DNA of 64,000 bases from a virus. Position numbers and translations under genes: made by a program. Of this stretch, positions 49,888 through 59,275 are shown one piece after another. Every line of letters begins with the position of its first letter. Position 1 is the stretch's first letter. The notes under the pieces were generated by a model, which saw only the letters and a program-made list of their open reading frames with translations, was not told the DNA's origin and made no database searches. Location of the stretch: positions 1 through 64,000 of the IMG/VR virus record IMGVR_UViG_3300028571_000013, one strand, 5' to 3'.

Positions 49888-50560
49888 TAATGCCTATTTA
49901 TATAATTTAATATTATCATCATCATTAATAAACTATGATGATCAATATACAGCCATATCTGGCATGGATGCTTCGCTAGCATTATATTTATTGAGCTATT
50001 CTAGAGAACTATTTTTCTCCTATATTACTAAGTTTAATGAGTGTTCTATAGTTGCCGATACTGATTTATTTTTTAATGTTTGTCTTGGTATTATACATAC
50101 TATACCGTCGGTTTCTCATATAGTTTATAATAACGAGCGTATTAGGTTTCAGTATTTAAATAGATTCAATTTTAATATTTATAGTCCTAGTAATTTATCT
50201 CCATTTAATATACTATATAATTCTAATGAACCTATCGAATATCTTTATAATGGTATTTTATTTAGAGTTCCTAGTATAGAGTCTGTAATCACTTATTGTA
50301 TTTATCAATATGGAGAGCTAAACAAAAATTTAGAATATTTAACCAATGTTGCTGTGTTATCTACCATTTATAAGTCATCTATTATAACTAATAATATACT
50401 GATTAATATACTTAAACTTAATATTAATATACAAAAAACCATTAAGAGTATGATTAAAGATATATCATCTGATAAAATAATGCCTGTTCCTTTTTTAAAC
50501 TTTTCTAACAATGTTGTAAAAAAAAGAACAGTAGAAATATTAGAGTTTTGTTATGGATAG
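49871..50560 (+). CDS. AT-rich hypothetical protein
   Basis: 229-aa ORF overlapping both neighbours. Confidence 0.45.
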   Translation: MMTTSNNAYLYNLILSSSLINYDDQYTAISGMDASLALYLLSYSRELFFSYITKFNECSIVADTDLFFNVCLGIIHTIPSVSHIVYNNERIRFQYLNRFNFNIYSPSNLSPFNILYNSNEPIEYLYNGILFRVPSIESVITYCIYQYGELNKNLEYLTNVAVLSTIYKSSIITNNILINILKLNINIQKTIKSMIKDISSDKIMPVPFLNFSNNVVKKRTVEILEFCYG

Positions 50561-51026
50561 TAAATATAGTTTTAATATTGTTGTTGATACTAGAGAACAA
50601 AAACCATGGGCTTTTGCTGAGTGTAATACTATTCATAAAAAGCTTGATACTGGAGACTATTCAATTGAAGGTCTCGAAAATTTCTTATGTATTGAGCGTA
50701 AGAATTCAGTAAGTGAAATAGCTAATAATATTTCAGAACAAAGATTCAGGGATGAGATCGAAAGGATGTCAAACTATTTATATAAGTTTATTTTGTTAGA
50801 ATTTAGTTTACAGGATGTTTTAGACTATCCTAAAGGTTCTAATGTTCCTCCTAAGATGTGGTCCAAAATTAAAATTAGACCACTGTATATTTTAAAATTT
50901 TTAACAGAATTACAGATCAAAGATAATATACATGTCATCTTTTGTGATCGTCCAGCAGCAGCTGAACAGATGGCATTTTCTATAATTAAACGAGTAAATG
51001 AGATGCATACTAATGGTAAACTATAA
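50553..51026 (+). CDS. ERCC4 (XPF/Mus81) domain nuclease
   Basis: VVDTREQ, LDTGDYSI, IERKNS. Confidence 0.85.
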   Translation: MDSKYSFNIVVDTREQKPWAFAECNTIHKKLDTGDYSIEGLENFLCIERKNSVSEIANNISEQRFRDEIERMSNYLYKFILLEFSLQDVLDYPKGSNVPPKMWSKIKIRPLYILKFLTELQIKDNIHVIFCDRPAAAEQMAFSIIKRVNEMHTNGKL

Positions 51027-53037
51027 TCAACTTGATAATGCTTGGTTGGGGCTGGGAGATACAAATATCCTATCTCTACCTAAGAATTTAATGATTAATA
51101 GGTCGCAAAAAGACATAGAAAATCCTGATAGATTTTTAATCAAGCTTATGCGAGACCCAGCTAACTTTAGTACAACAGTAAAGCTACTGATGGATATAGA
51201 ATTACATCCTATACAGATAGCTATCATACAAGAATTTTGGGATAGGCCATTTCCAATGTTTATTGCTAGTCGTGGTTTTGGTAAATCTTTTTTATTAGCA
51301 TTATATTGTACCTTAAAATGTATTTTTGTACCAGGAACTAAGATAGTAGTTGTTGGCGCTGCTTTTAGACAGAGTAAAGTGGTTTTTGAATATATGGAAA
51401 ATATATGGCGAAAATCATCTATTATGAGAACGATTTTCAATGGTAATGATGATGGTCCTAGAAGAGATGTTGATAGATGTACTATGAGATATGGAGATAG
51501 TTGGACTATTGCTATTCCTCTTGGTGACGGTAGCAAAATTAGAGGTTTAAGAGCGCACATTATTATTGCTGACGAATTTGCTTCCATATCTCCAGAAGTT
51601 TATGAAACAGTAGTCTCAGGTTTCGCTGCTGTATCTGCTGATCCTATTGGTAATGTTAAAGCAGAGGCTAAAAAAGATCTTATGAAAGAACTAGGGATAT
51701 GGTCTGAAGAATTAGAGGATTTACAATATCGTCGTAGCAATCAAGCTATTGTTGCTGGTACAGCAGACTACTCTTTCAAGCACTTTGCCTCTTACTGGGA
51801 AAGATATAAAGCAATTATCCATAGTCGTGGTGATGATAGAGTACTAGCTGATCTTTTCAAAGGAGAAGTTCCATTAAATTTTAATTGGAAAGACTACAGT
51901 ATAGTTAGAATGCCCTATGAGCTTATTCCTAAGGGATTTATGGATGATAGACAGGTGGCTAGAGCTAAAGCTACCATTCATAGTGGTATATATAATATGG
52001 AATATGCCGCATGTTTTACTAAAGATAGTAGTGGTTTTTTTCGCAGGAGTTTAATAGAAAGCTGTGTCTCTGATGTTAAAAATCCTATATTAATTAATAA
52101 TCAACCTATTATTTTTGATGCTAAGGTGGTTGGAGATCCTAATAGAAAATATATTTATGGAATTGACCCTGCTAGTGAACAAGATAATTTTAGTATTATT
52201 ATTTTAGAAATTCATCCTAATCATACTAGGATAGTATATTGCTGGACCACCAATCGAGCTAATTTTAAACAGAGGCAGCAAACTGGCTTAGTCAATGAGA
52301 ATGATTTTTATGGATTTTGCGCTAGAAAAATTCGCAATCTAATGAAAGTATTTCCTTGTGAGCGAATAGGCCTTGACGCTCAGGGTGGAGGAGTAGCTAT
52401 TGAAGAAGCTTTACATGATACTACAAAAATTAATGCAGATGAGATTCCAATTTGGCCTATCATTAACGAAGCTAAAGATAAAGACACAGACAGTAAACCA
52501 GGACTACATATACTAGAACTTGTTCAGTTTGCTAGGGCCGAGTGGACAAGCCATGCTAATCATGGTCTCAGAAAAGACTTTGAGGATAAAGTATTATTAT
52601 TCCCAACGTTCGATAATTTAACTCTTGGACTAGCTCTAGCTAATGAATCACAAGATATTTTATCTACTAATTTAGACCCTATTTATGATACTGTAAGTGA
52701 GTGCATATTGGAAATCGAAGAGCTTAAAAATGAATTAACTACTATAGTCATGACACAAACTAGCAATAGTTCTGGAGCTAGAGAAAGATGGGATACTCCA
52801 GAAATTAAAGGATCTAACGGCAGAAGAGGAAGATTACGAAAAGACCGATATAGCGCACTAGTTATAGCTAATACTTTAGCAAGATCTCTTATCAGAGCTG
52901 ATACCCCAATTACTTATGACGTAATCGGTTCAACCAAGAATTCCTCTTTAAGCAAAGAGAAAATCTTATACAGAGGACCATCTTGGTTTACAGAAGCTGC
53001 TAATGAAGATTTATACCTTGGTATTTATAAAAAATAG
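51013..53037 (+). CDS. terL: Terminase large subunit
   Basis: Walker A ASRGFGKS, IRGLRA, Walker B IIIADEF, nuclease YGIDPA, KDRYSA. Confidence 0.9.
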   Translation: MVNYNQLDNAWLGLGDTNILSLPKNLMINRSQKDIENPDRFLIKLMRDPANFSTTVKLLMDIELHPIQIAIIQEFWDRPFPMFIASRGFGKSFLLALYCTLKCIFVPGTKIVVVGAAFRQSKVVFEYMENIWRKSSIMRTIFNGNDDGPRRDVDRCTMRYGDSWTIAIPLGDGSKIRGLRAHIIIADEFASISPEVYETVVSGFAAVSADPIGNVKAEAKKDLMKELGIWSEELEDLQYRRSNQAIVAGTADYSFKHFASYWERYKAIIHSRGDDRVLADLFKGEVPLNFNWKDYSIVRMPYELIPKGFMDDRQVARAKATIHSGIYNMEYAACFTKDSSGFFRRSLIESCVSDVKNPILINNQPIIFDAKVVGDPNRKYIYGIDPASEQDNFSIIILEIHPNHTRIVYCWTTNRANFKQRQQTGLVNENDFYGFCARKIRNLMKVFPCERIGLDAQGGGVAIEEALHDTTKINADEIPIWPIINEAKDKDTDSKPGLHILELVQFARAEWTSHANHGLRKDFEDKVLLFPTFDNLTLGLALANESQDILSTNLDPIYDTVSECILEIEELKNELTTIVMTQTSNSSGARERWDTPEIKGSNGRRGRLRKDRYSALVIANTLARSLIRADTPITYDVIGSTKNSSLSKEKILYRGPSWFTEAANEDLYLGIYKK

Positions 53038-53091
53038 TGTATTATAAGTATAAATTGAATAATACCATTACAATGGGAATACAATACTATT

Positions 53092-55317
53092 ATGGCTAGA
53101 AAACGAACAAAAAATAACGCGATTCCTGATGCCCAGCCCAATAATGAAAAATTAGAAGCTTATGTAACATGGGGGGACGATCTAGAATCTAAGAAAAACG
53201 CACTAAATGAATCATCAGCTTCTTTAGATGAGTATAGCGGTATCCAGAAAACTACGGGTTATGCTAGGTATAGTAGGGATTTTTCTAATCTATCAGGAGA
53301 CACATCTGGTAGGCCAGGATTAACAAGATCGGATTATGACTATTTTAGACCAAGTGAATCTGTACCCCAACAAATCAAGAATGTTATCAGAACTGCTGAT
53401 GTTGTATATCAGAGGGTGGGTTTGGTAAAAAACGTTATTGATCTCATGGGAGATTTTGCTAGTCAAGGTATTAGACTAGTACATAGAAATAAAAGAATTG
53501 AAAGATTTTATCGTAATTGGTTTAATAAAGTGCGTGGACAAGAAAGATCAGAAAGATTTTTAAATAATATTTATCGTGTTGGTAATGTTGTGATAAATAG
53601 ACAAACAGCAAAAATTACTAAAAAGGTTGCAGATAATCTATACAAGGCATCTGGTAAAGCGGATATTATTTTATCTGAAGACGAGTTGATCGTAGAAAAA
53701 AAAGAAATTCCATGGAGATATACTTTTATCGATCCTTTCTATGTTGATGTTGTTGGAGATAGTTTATCTTCTTTTGTTGGTAAAAGAATTTATGAGATAG
53801 CTCTTCCCGGACAATTACGTAAAACTATCAACAGTCCTAAAAATGATTTGGAAAGAAATATAATTTCTCAATTACCAGATGATATTCTTCAAGCAGCTAA
53901 AAATAAAACCTCATATCTATTAAATGCTGATAAGACTTTAGTCTTTCACTATAAAAAAGATGACTGGCAGATATGGGCTTATCCCATGATTTATGCCATT
54001 ATGGATGATATTAATATTATTGAAAAGCTTAAGTTAGCAGACTTAGCAGCTCTTGATGGAGCCATTTCTAATCTTCGTATTTTTAAACTAGGAAGTTTAG
54101 AGCACAAGATAGCTCCTACAAAAGCGGCAGCTTCTAAATTATCTAGTATACTACAAAATAATGTTGGTGGCGGAACAATGGATTTAATTTGGGGTCCAGA
54201 TATTGAGTTAATAGAAAGTAAAACACAAGTACATCAGTTTCTTGGAGAAGGTAAATACACCCCTCACTTAAATAGTATTTATGCTGGGTTAGGTATTCCC
54301 CCAACACTAACTGGTACATATGGAGCAGCCGGAACAACCAATAATTTTATCAGTCTAAAGACATTAACACAAAGACTTCAGTATGGTCGCAGTATACTTT
54401 TGGATTTTTGGACAAAAGAAATTGAAATTGTTCAGAAGGCTATGGGATTCACATATCCAGCCAAATTAGAATTTGATACAATGGATTTGAGTAATGAAGA
54501 TACTGAAAAAGCATTATTAATACAGTTGGTTGATCGTAATTTAATTAGTGATGAATTTATTCAAACTAGATTTGGTTGTGATCCAGATATTGAGAAAACC
54601 AGAATTAATCGTGAAGACAGAGAGAGATCGTCACAGAGAAGAACTCAAAAAGCAGGTCCATGGTACGATCCTCAGTTTGATAATAGTCTTAAGAAAATAG
54701 TACTACAAACTGGCGTAGCTACACCTAGCCAAGTTGGTCTAGAACTTGACTCAAAGAAAAAGGGAGAAAAAACTTTATATGACCTTAAACTTGAGACGGC
54801 CCCTAAGCCAATTGGAGCACCACCTTCCGGTGGCCCCACAACGAAGTTGGTAAAAGATTTGCAAGAATCTTTACCTGGTGTTCCAGGTCAGGGTAGACCC
54901 AAAAACTCAAAAGACTCAGAGAAACGAAAAGAAAAAACATTTAAACCCCGTACAGGCGCTACCCTAAATGTTTGGGCGCAACAAGCTCAAGATAAAATTA
55001 GTGATATCATAAATCCACTTATTTTAGAATTCTTTGAAAAGAAAAATCTAAGATCTTTGTCTAATGAAGAAAGTAAATACTTAGAAAATTTAAAAACTCA
55101 AGTGCTATTTTCTATTAAGCCATACTCTAATATCGATGATAATCAAATTAGTCTTAATATTAAAGCTTCCATAAATCAAGACAAAAGTACCATATCGGGG
55201 TATGAGTATTGGTTAAGGTCTATATCGAATGATTTGAATAGACCATTGACCACGGACGAACAAAAAACTGTTAAGTCAATGTATTATTCAACAATTCATA
55301 CAACACTAGAGATTTAA
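53092..55317 (+). CDS. Portal protein
   Basis: Directly after TerL; size; IYAGLGIP..L.G and GRP motifs. Confidence 0.75.
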   Translation: MARKRTKNNAIPDAQPNNEKLEAYVTWGDDLESKKNALNESSASLDEYSGIQKTTGYARYSRDFSNLSGDTSGRPGLTRSDYDYFRPSESVPQQIKNVIRTADVVYQRVGLVKNVIDLMGDFASQGIRLVHRNKRIERFYRNWFNKVRGQERSERFLNNIYRVGNVVINRQTAKITKKVADNLYKASGKADIILSEDELIVEKKEIPWRYTFIDPFYVDVVGDSLSSFVGKRIYEIALPGQLRKTINSPKNDLERNIISQLPDDILQAAKNKTSYLLNADKTLVFHYKKDDWQIWAYPMIYAIMDDINIIEKLKLADLAALDGAISNLRIFKLGSLEHKIAPTKAAASKLSSILQNNVGGGTMDLIWGPDIELIESKTQVHQFLGEGKYTPHLNSIYAGLGIPPTLTGTYGAAGTTNNFISLKTLTQRLQYGRSILLDFWTKEIEIVQKAMGFTYPAKLEFDTMDLSNEDTEKALLIQLVDRNLISDEFIQTRFGCDPDIEKTRINREDRERSSQRRTQKAGPWYDPQFDNSLKKIVLQTGVATPSQVGLELDSKKKGEKTLYDLKLETAPKPIGAPPSGGPTTKLVKDLQESLPGVPGQGRPKNSKDSEKRKEKTFKPRTGATLNVWAQQAQDKISDIINPLILEFFEKKNLRSLSNEESKYLENLKTQVLFSIKPYSNIDDNQISLNIKASINQDKSTISGYEYWLRSISNDLNRPLTTDEQKTVKSMYYSTIHTTLEI

Positions 55318-55319
55318 CT

Positions 55320-56930
55320 ATGCATATATATCAAGATGAGTATAAAGCTAACATAGCTGATAAAATCTTAGCCAATACAACACTGGCTTATTCCACAGAA
55401 GCTTTACTCTGCACAAAAAAAGATATAAGCTTTGCCAAGGCTAATTTAACAGATAATAAAACAATAAGTAGTTTTGATGATGAGGATCTCTACTATGTTC
55501 AATCAATTTTAGTTTCATCTTCTTGGAATAAGAATGATGATATTTTTGATAAAAAAGAAGTTTGGGCAGCAAGATATACTCCAGAAGATAAGCCCACAAA
55601 CTTAGAACATGATGAAGATCAGATTGTAGGACATATTATTTCTAATTGGCCAATTGATATGGATGGTATCACATTGGCAGAGAATATGGATATTAATGAG
55701 CTACCAGATAAATTTCATATCGTAACCGGATCTGTAATATATCGCAATTTTACATCACCAGAACTTAGAGATAGATCAGAAAATTTAATTAAAGAAATTG
55801 AGGCAGGACAAAAGTATGTTAGTATGGAATGTTTTTTTGATAATTTTGATTATGGTTTAGTTGATAAGAGTACTGGAGAATATAAAATATTAACAAGAGA
55901 TGATAAGACTTCATACTTAAGTAAACATCTAAGAGCTTATGGTGGGCTTGGAGAATATGATAACTATAAAGTTGGTAGAGTATTAAGAAATATTAATTTT
56001 TCTGGCAAGGGTTTTGTTAATAAACCAGCAAATCCGGAGAGTATAATTTTTGATATAGATGTGACTAAAAAAATATTAACCAAAAAAAATGTCCATTTTG
56101 ATAATAATAGTGTATCTAGTATAACAGAATCCCTTAACCAGGAGACAGATAAAATGAGTTTAGAAAAAGATATTCAATCACTGAAAGAAAAGGTCGAAGC
56201 CATGAGCGATTGTGGAACTATTGTAAAAGAAGCCTATAGTCGTATTAATGAGCTAGAGACCAAGATGCTTGAAACAGAATCGGCTATGAAAAAATATCAA
56301 GAAGATATGAACATGAAAGATAAAGAAATGGCCGAAAAAGATAAATTCTTAGAAGAATATAAGAATAAGATGCAATATGACGTAGCTTCTGCTGAAGCGG
56401 GTAAAGCTAATGAACTACAATCATTACAGACCGTTCATGAAGAAGTGGTTAAGGCTAAAGATTTAGAAATCGAAACACTTAAGAACGAACTTTCTGCCAC
56501 GAGTGAGGTCATTGATGCATATAAGACTAAAGAAGTCGAAATGATCAAACAGGCTAAAATTATGAGTAGAGTTTCTGAACTTGTTCAAGCTGGTGTAGAT
56601 TCTACTGTAGCAGAAGCTACGGTGAGCAAATTCGAAACACTAGATGACGAGGCATTTGCTACAATTAAATCTTTGGTACTCTCTCATATGCCAGAGTGGA
56701 TTAAACCAGTTGCTACTAGCGAAGTAACAACTGAATCAACCACTGAGGCTTCTGAAGAGAAAACTGGCTCCGCTGTTATAGAAGATGTTTTAGAAAACGC
56801 TGAAGTTGAACCAGGTGTTGATCTCAGTGTTGGTAGTGAAGATGACTCGGAAGTACAAAATACTAGAGCATCACTAATAGATTTTGTATATTCTAGACTA
56901 GGCAAACCACAACTTAATAAGGGAGAATGA
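55320..56930 (+). CDS. Prohead protease-scaffold fusion
   Basis: NKNDD.F, NLEH, VSMEC, F.GKGFV.KPA.P protease-like N-half; acidic coiled-coil C-half. Confidence 0.75.
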   Translation: MHIYQDEYKANIADKILANTTLAYSTEALLCTKKDISFAKANLTDNKTISSFDDEDLYYVQSILVSSSWNKNDDIFDKKEVWAARYTPEDKPTNLEHDEDQIVGHIISNWPIDMDGITLAENMDINELPDKFHIVTGSVIYRNFTSPELRDRSENLIKEIEAGQKYVSMECFFDNFDYGLVDKSTGEYKILTRDDKTSYLSKHLRAYGGLGEYDNYKVGRVLRNINFSGKGFVNKPANPESIIFDIDVTKKILTKKNVHFDNNSVSSITESLNQETDKMSLEKDIQSLKEKVEAMSDCGTIVKEAYSRINELETKMLETESAMKKYQEDMNMKDKEMAEKDKFLEEYKNKMQYDVASAEAGKANELQSLQTVHEEVVKAKDLEIETLKNELSATSEVIDAYKTKEVEMIKQAKIMSRVSELVQAGVDSTVAEATVSKFETLDDEAFATIKSLVLSHMPEWIKPVATSEVTTESTTEASEEKTGSAVIEDVLENAEVEPGVDLSVGSEDDSEVQNTRASLIDFVYSRLGKPQLNKGE

Positions 56931-56932
56931 AC

Positions 56933-57391
56933 ATGGCTTTAAAAGCAGATCGCGTTGAAAGTTTCACAGATATTTCCTACTTCATGAATACGACCGGCGA
57001 CAGAGGTGGCATTGTTGTGTTTAGTACTGGCGGCGTTGGATCGGCTATGGACGATGCTGATGCTGTTGTACGTTATCCAACAAGTGGTCCATCTGGTACT
57101 GTACCAGCTGGTGTTTTACTAAACGACGTTGTGAATCTTGATCTAACAAGACAGCACATCAATTGGCACAAAGACGAGACTCAAGTTGGCGGCAAGGTGT
57201 CAATTCTCCGTAGAGGTCAGGTCAGTACAGACATGATTGTTACTGGTCAAACCCCAGCTGCTGGCAATGCTGCTTACTATGGTACTGACGGAAAATTTAC
57301 TACCGTTTCAACCAATAGTGTTAAAGTTGGCACCTTCTTGAGTAGTAAAGATACCGAAGGTTACGTTAAAGTAGACATCAATATTACCTGA
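56933..57391 (+). CDS. Capsid decoration/cement protein
   Basis: Position between scaffold and MCP; Gly-rich beta motifs. Confidence 0.6.
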   Translation: MALKADRVESFTDISYFMNTTGDRGGIVVFSTGGVGSAMDDADAVVRYPTSGPSGTVPAGVLLNDVVNLDLTRQHINWHKDETQVGGKVSILRRGQVSTDMIVTGQTPAAGNAAYYGTDGKFTTVSTNSVKVGTFLSSKDTEGYVKVDINIT

Positions 57392-57409
57392 AACTAGGAG
57401 ATAAAAATA

Positions 57410-58414
57410 ATGGCAAATACTAGATTTGAACCGACATCAGAACTTACAGAACTTTTAGTGCGCAGCGGCTCTGCTGAAAAAGATCAGTCTTTATCAGCAA
57501 ATAGAGAGTTTGCTAAAGCACTAGAGCTTCCTCTACGTCAGGCTCTCCTTAATGGAGATATTCTGAATGGTATTTTTGAGCCAATCAAGTTAGCTCAAAG
57601 TGCTACTCCAGAATTTCCATTAGACTTTTTAGCTCCTGGTACTGAGAAAGACTTTGTTGCTTATACAATTCCAAACCACGGTTATATTCCAGAGCGTCAT
57701 GTCGAGGGTGATTACGTGATGGTGCCAACATATGATATTGGCGCTAGCATTGATTATCTTCTCAAATATGCTCGTGATGCCCGCTGGGACGTTGTTGGCA
57801 GAGCAATGGAAGTCCTAGAGGCCCAGTTTGTTAAGAAGATGAACGACGACGGCTGGCACACACTATTGGCTGCTGGCGTTGATCGTAATATTGTTGTTTA
57901 TGATAGCGATGCTGCTGCTGGTCAGTTTACAAAGAGATTAGTTTCTCTTATGAAAACTGTAATGCGTAGAAATGGTGGAGGTAACTCTGCTAGTAATAAC
58001 AGAGGCATCCTCACTGATCTCTATGTTTCTCCAGAAGCAATGGAAGATATCAGAAACTGGGGTATTGATCAGGTTGACGAGATTACTCGTCGTGAGATTT
58101 ATACCGCTGCTGATGGTACTCTCAACAGAGTTTTCGGTATTAACCTACATGATCTTGATGAACTTGGCGAAGGTCAAGAATATCAAGAGTTCTATGACAA
58201 TGTTCTTAGCGGCACATTGCCCGGTGGCGATACTGAAGTCGTTGTTGGTCTTGATCTTCGTAAGAGAGACAGTTTCATTATGCCAGTTCGTCAAGAAGTT
58301 CAGATTTTTGAAGATGATACCCTTCATCGTCAGAAGCGAGCTGGCTTTTACGGCTGGAGTGAGCAAGGCTTTGCTGTTCTAGATAACAGAAGAGTAGTAC
58401 TCGGCTCTCTTTGA
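57410..58414 (+). CDS. Major capsid protein (HK97 fold)
   Basis: 334 aa, head-gene order, strong RBS, terminator after. Confidence 0.8.
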   Translation: MANTRFEPTSELTELLVRSGSAEKDQSLSANREFAKALELPLRQALLNGDILNGIFEPIKLAQSATPEFPLDFLAPGTEKDFVAYTIPNHGYIPERHVEGDYVMVPTYDIGASIDYLLKYARDARWDVVGRAMEVLEAQFVKKMNDDGWHTLLAAGVDRNIVVYDSDAAAGQFTKRLVSLMKTVMRRNGGGNSASNNRGILTDLYVSPEAMEDIRNWGIDQVDEITRREIYTAADGTLNRVFGINLHDLDELGEGQEYQEFYDNVLSGTLPGGDTEVVVGLDLRKRDSFIMPVRQEVQIFEDDTLHRQKRAGFYGWSEQGFAVLDNRRVVLGSL

Positions 58415-58443
58415 TTTAAAGCTGTGTTGTTGTTCCAAAAGAA

Positions 58444-58472
58444 AAGGCTGGCCTTCTGGCCGGCCTTTTTTT
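58444..58472 (+). terminator. Intrinsic terminator after MCP
   Basis: aaaggctggcc-ttct-ggccggccttt then a T-run. Confidence 0.85.
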
Positions 58473-58519
58473 ATGGTGTATATAATATTATTATTCATAA
58501 TTAACTACTGGATATAACT

Positions 58520-58921
58520 ATGGCAGCAAGTAAATACGATTTTTCTATAGAACAAGGCACGTCTTTTAGAATTGCTCTCACATATAAAGATGATAAAAAA
58601 AATCCAATAGATATCACGGGCTATTGCTCAAGACTAATATGGACCACCAACACCGGTCAAATTCAGGTATTTTCTACAGAAAACACTGATCCCAGTTTAT
58701 ATAGATTTACTATTGGTGGAGTAGATGGTAAGATTACTTTAATGTTACCGGCAACTATAACTAATACATTTAATTTTACTTTAGCAAAATATGATTTGGA
58801 ATTAAGGTCTGATACTGATTTATATATTGGAGGAGGCAAAGAAATTTCTAGAATACTTTATGGCACTATTACTATAGTAAAAAGAAACAGTAAGATAATA
58901 TCTGAAATTAACTGTCAATGA
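58520..58921 (+). CDS. Putative virion protein
   Basis: YDFSIEQGTSF..NPIDITGY..YDLEL. Confidence 0.55.
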   Translation: MAASKYDFSIEQGTSFRIALTYKDDKKNPIDITGYCSRLIWTTNTGQIQVFSTENTDPSLYRFTIGGVDGKITLMLPATITNTFNFTLAKYDLELRSDTDLYIGGGKEISRILYGTITIVKRNSKIISEINCQ

Positions 58922-59275
58922 GGTGTATGATACTATATAAATTTATAATTTTGTCCATAATACTTTTAAGAAAATTTTAAATGGCTTTATCCCAACAATC
59001 TATAACAACAGTAGAAAGCTCAGATAAAAAAAACTATATCTTAGTTATTGATACTTTTTCAGAATCTGATTTGGGAAGTGTTGTTATAGAGCAATATGAT
59101 ACATATAATTTGGAAATTATTAATACTAATGGTATTATTCAATATGTTCTACCATACAATTTAACTTTAGAGAGTTTAGCTGGCAACTTACCTGTTTCCA
59201 GAATAAGTGGACTTGATGAATATTTAGATTCTTATATATTCGACTGCGGTACGCCATAAATAAAGGAGAAAAATT

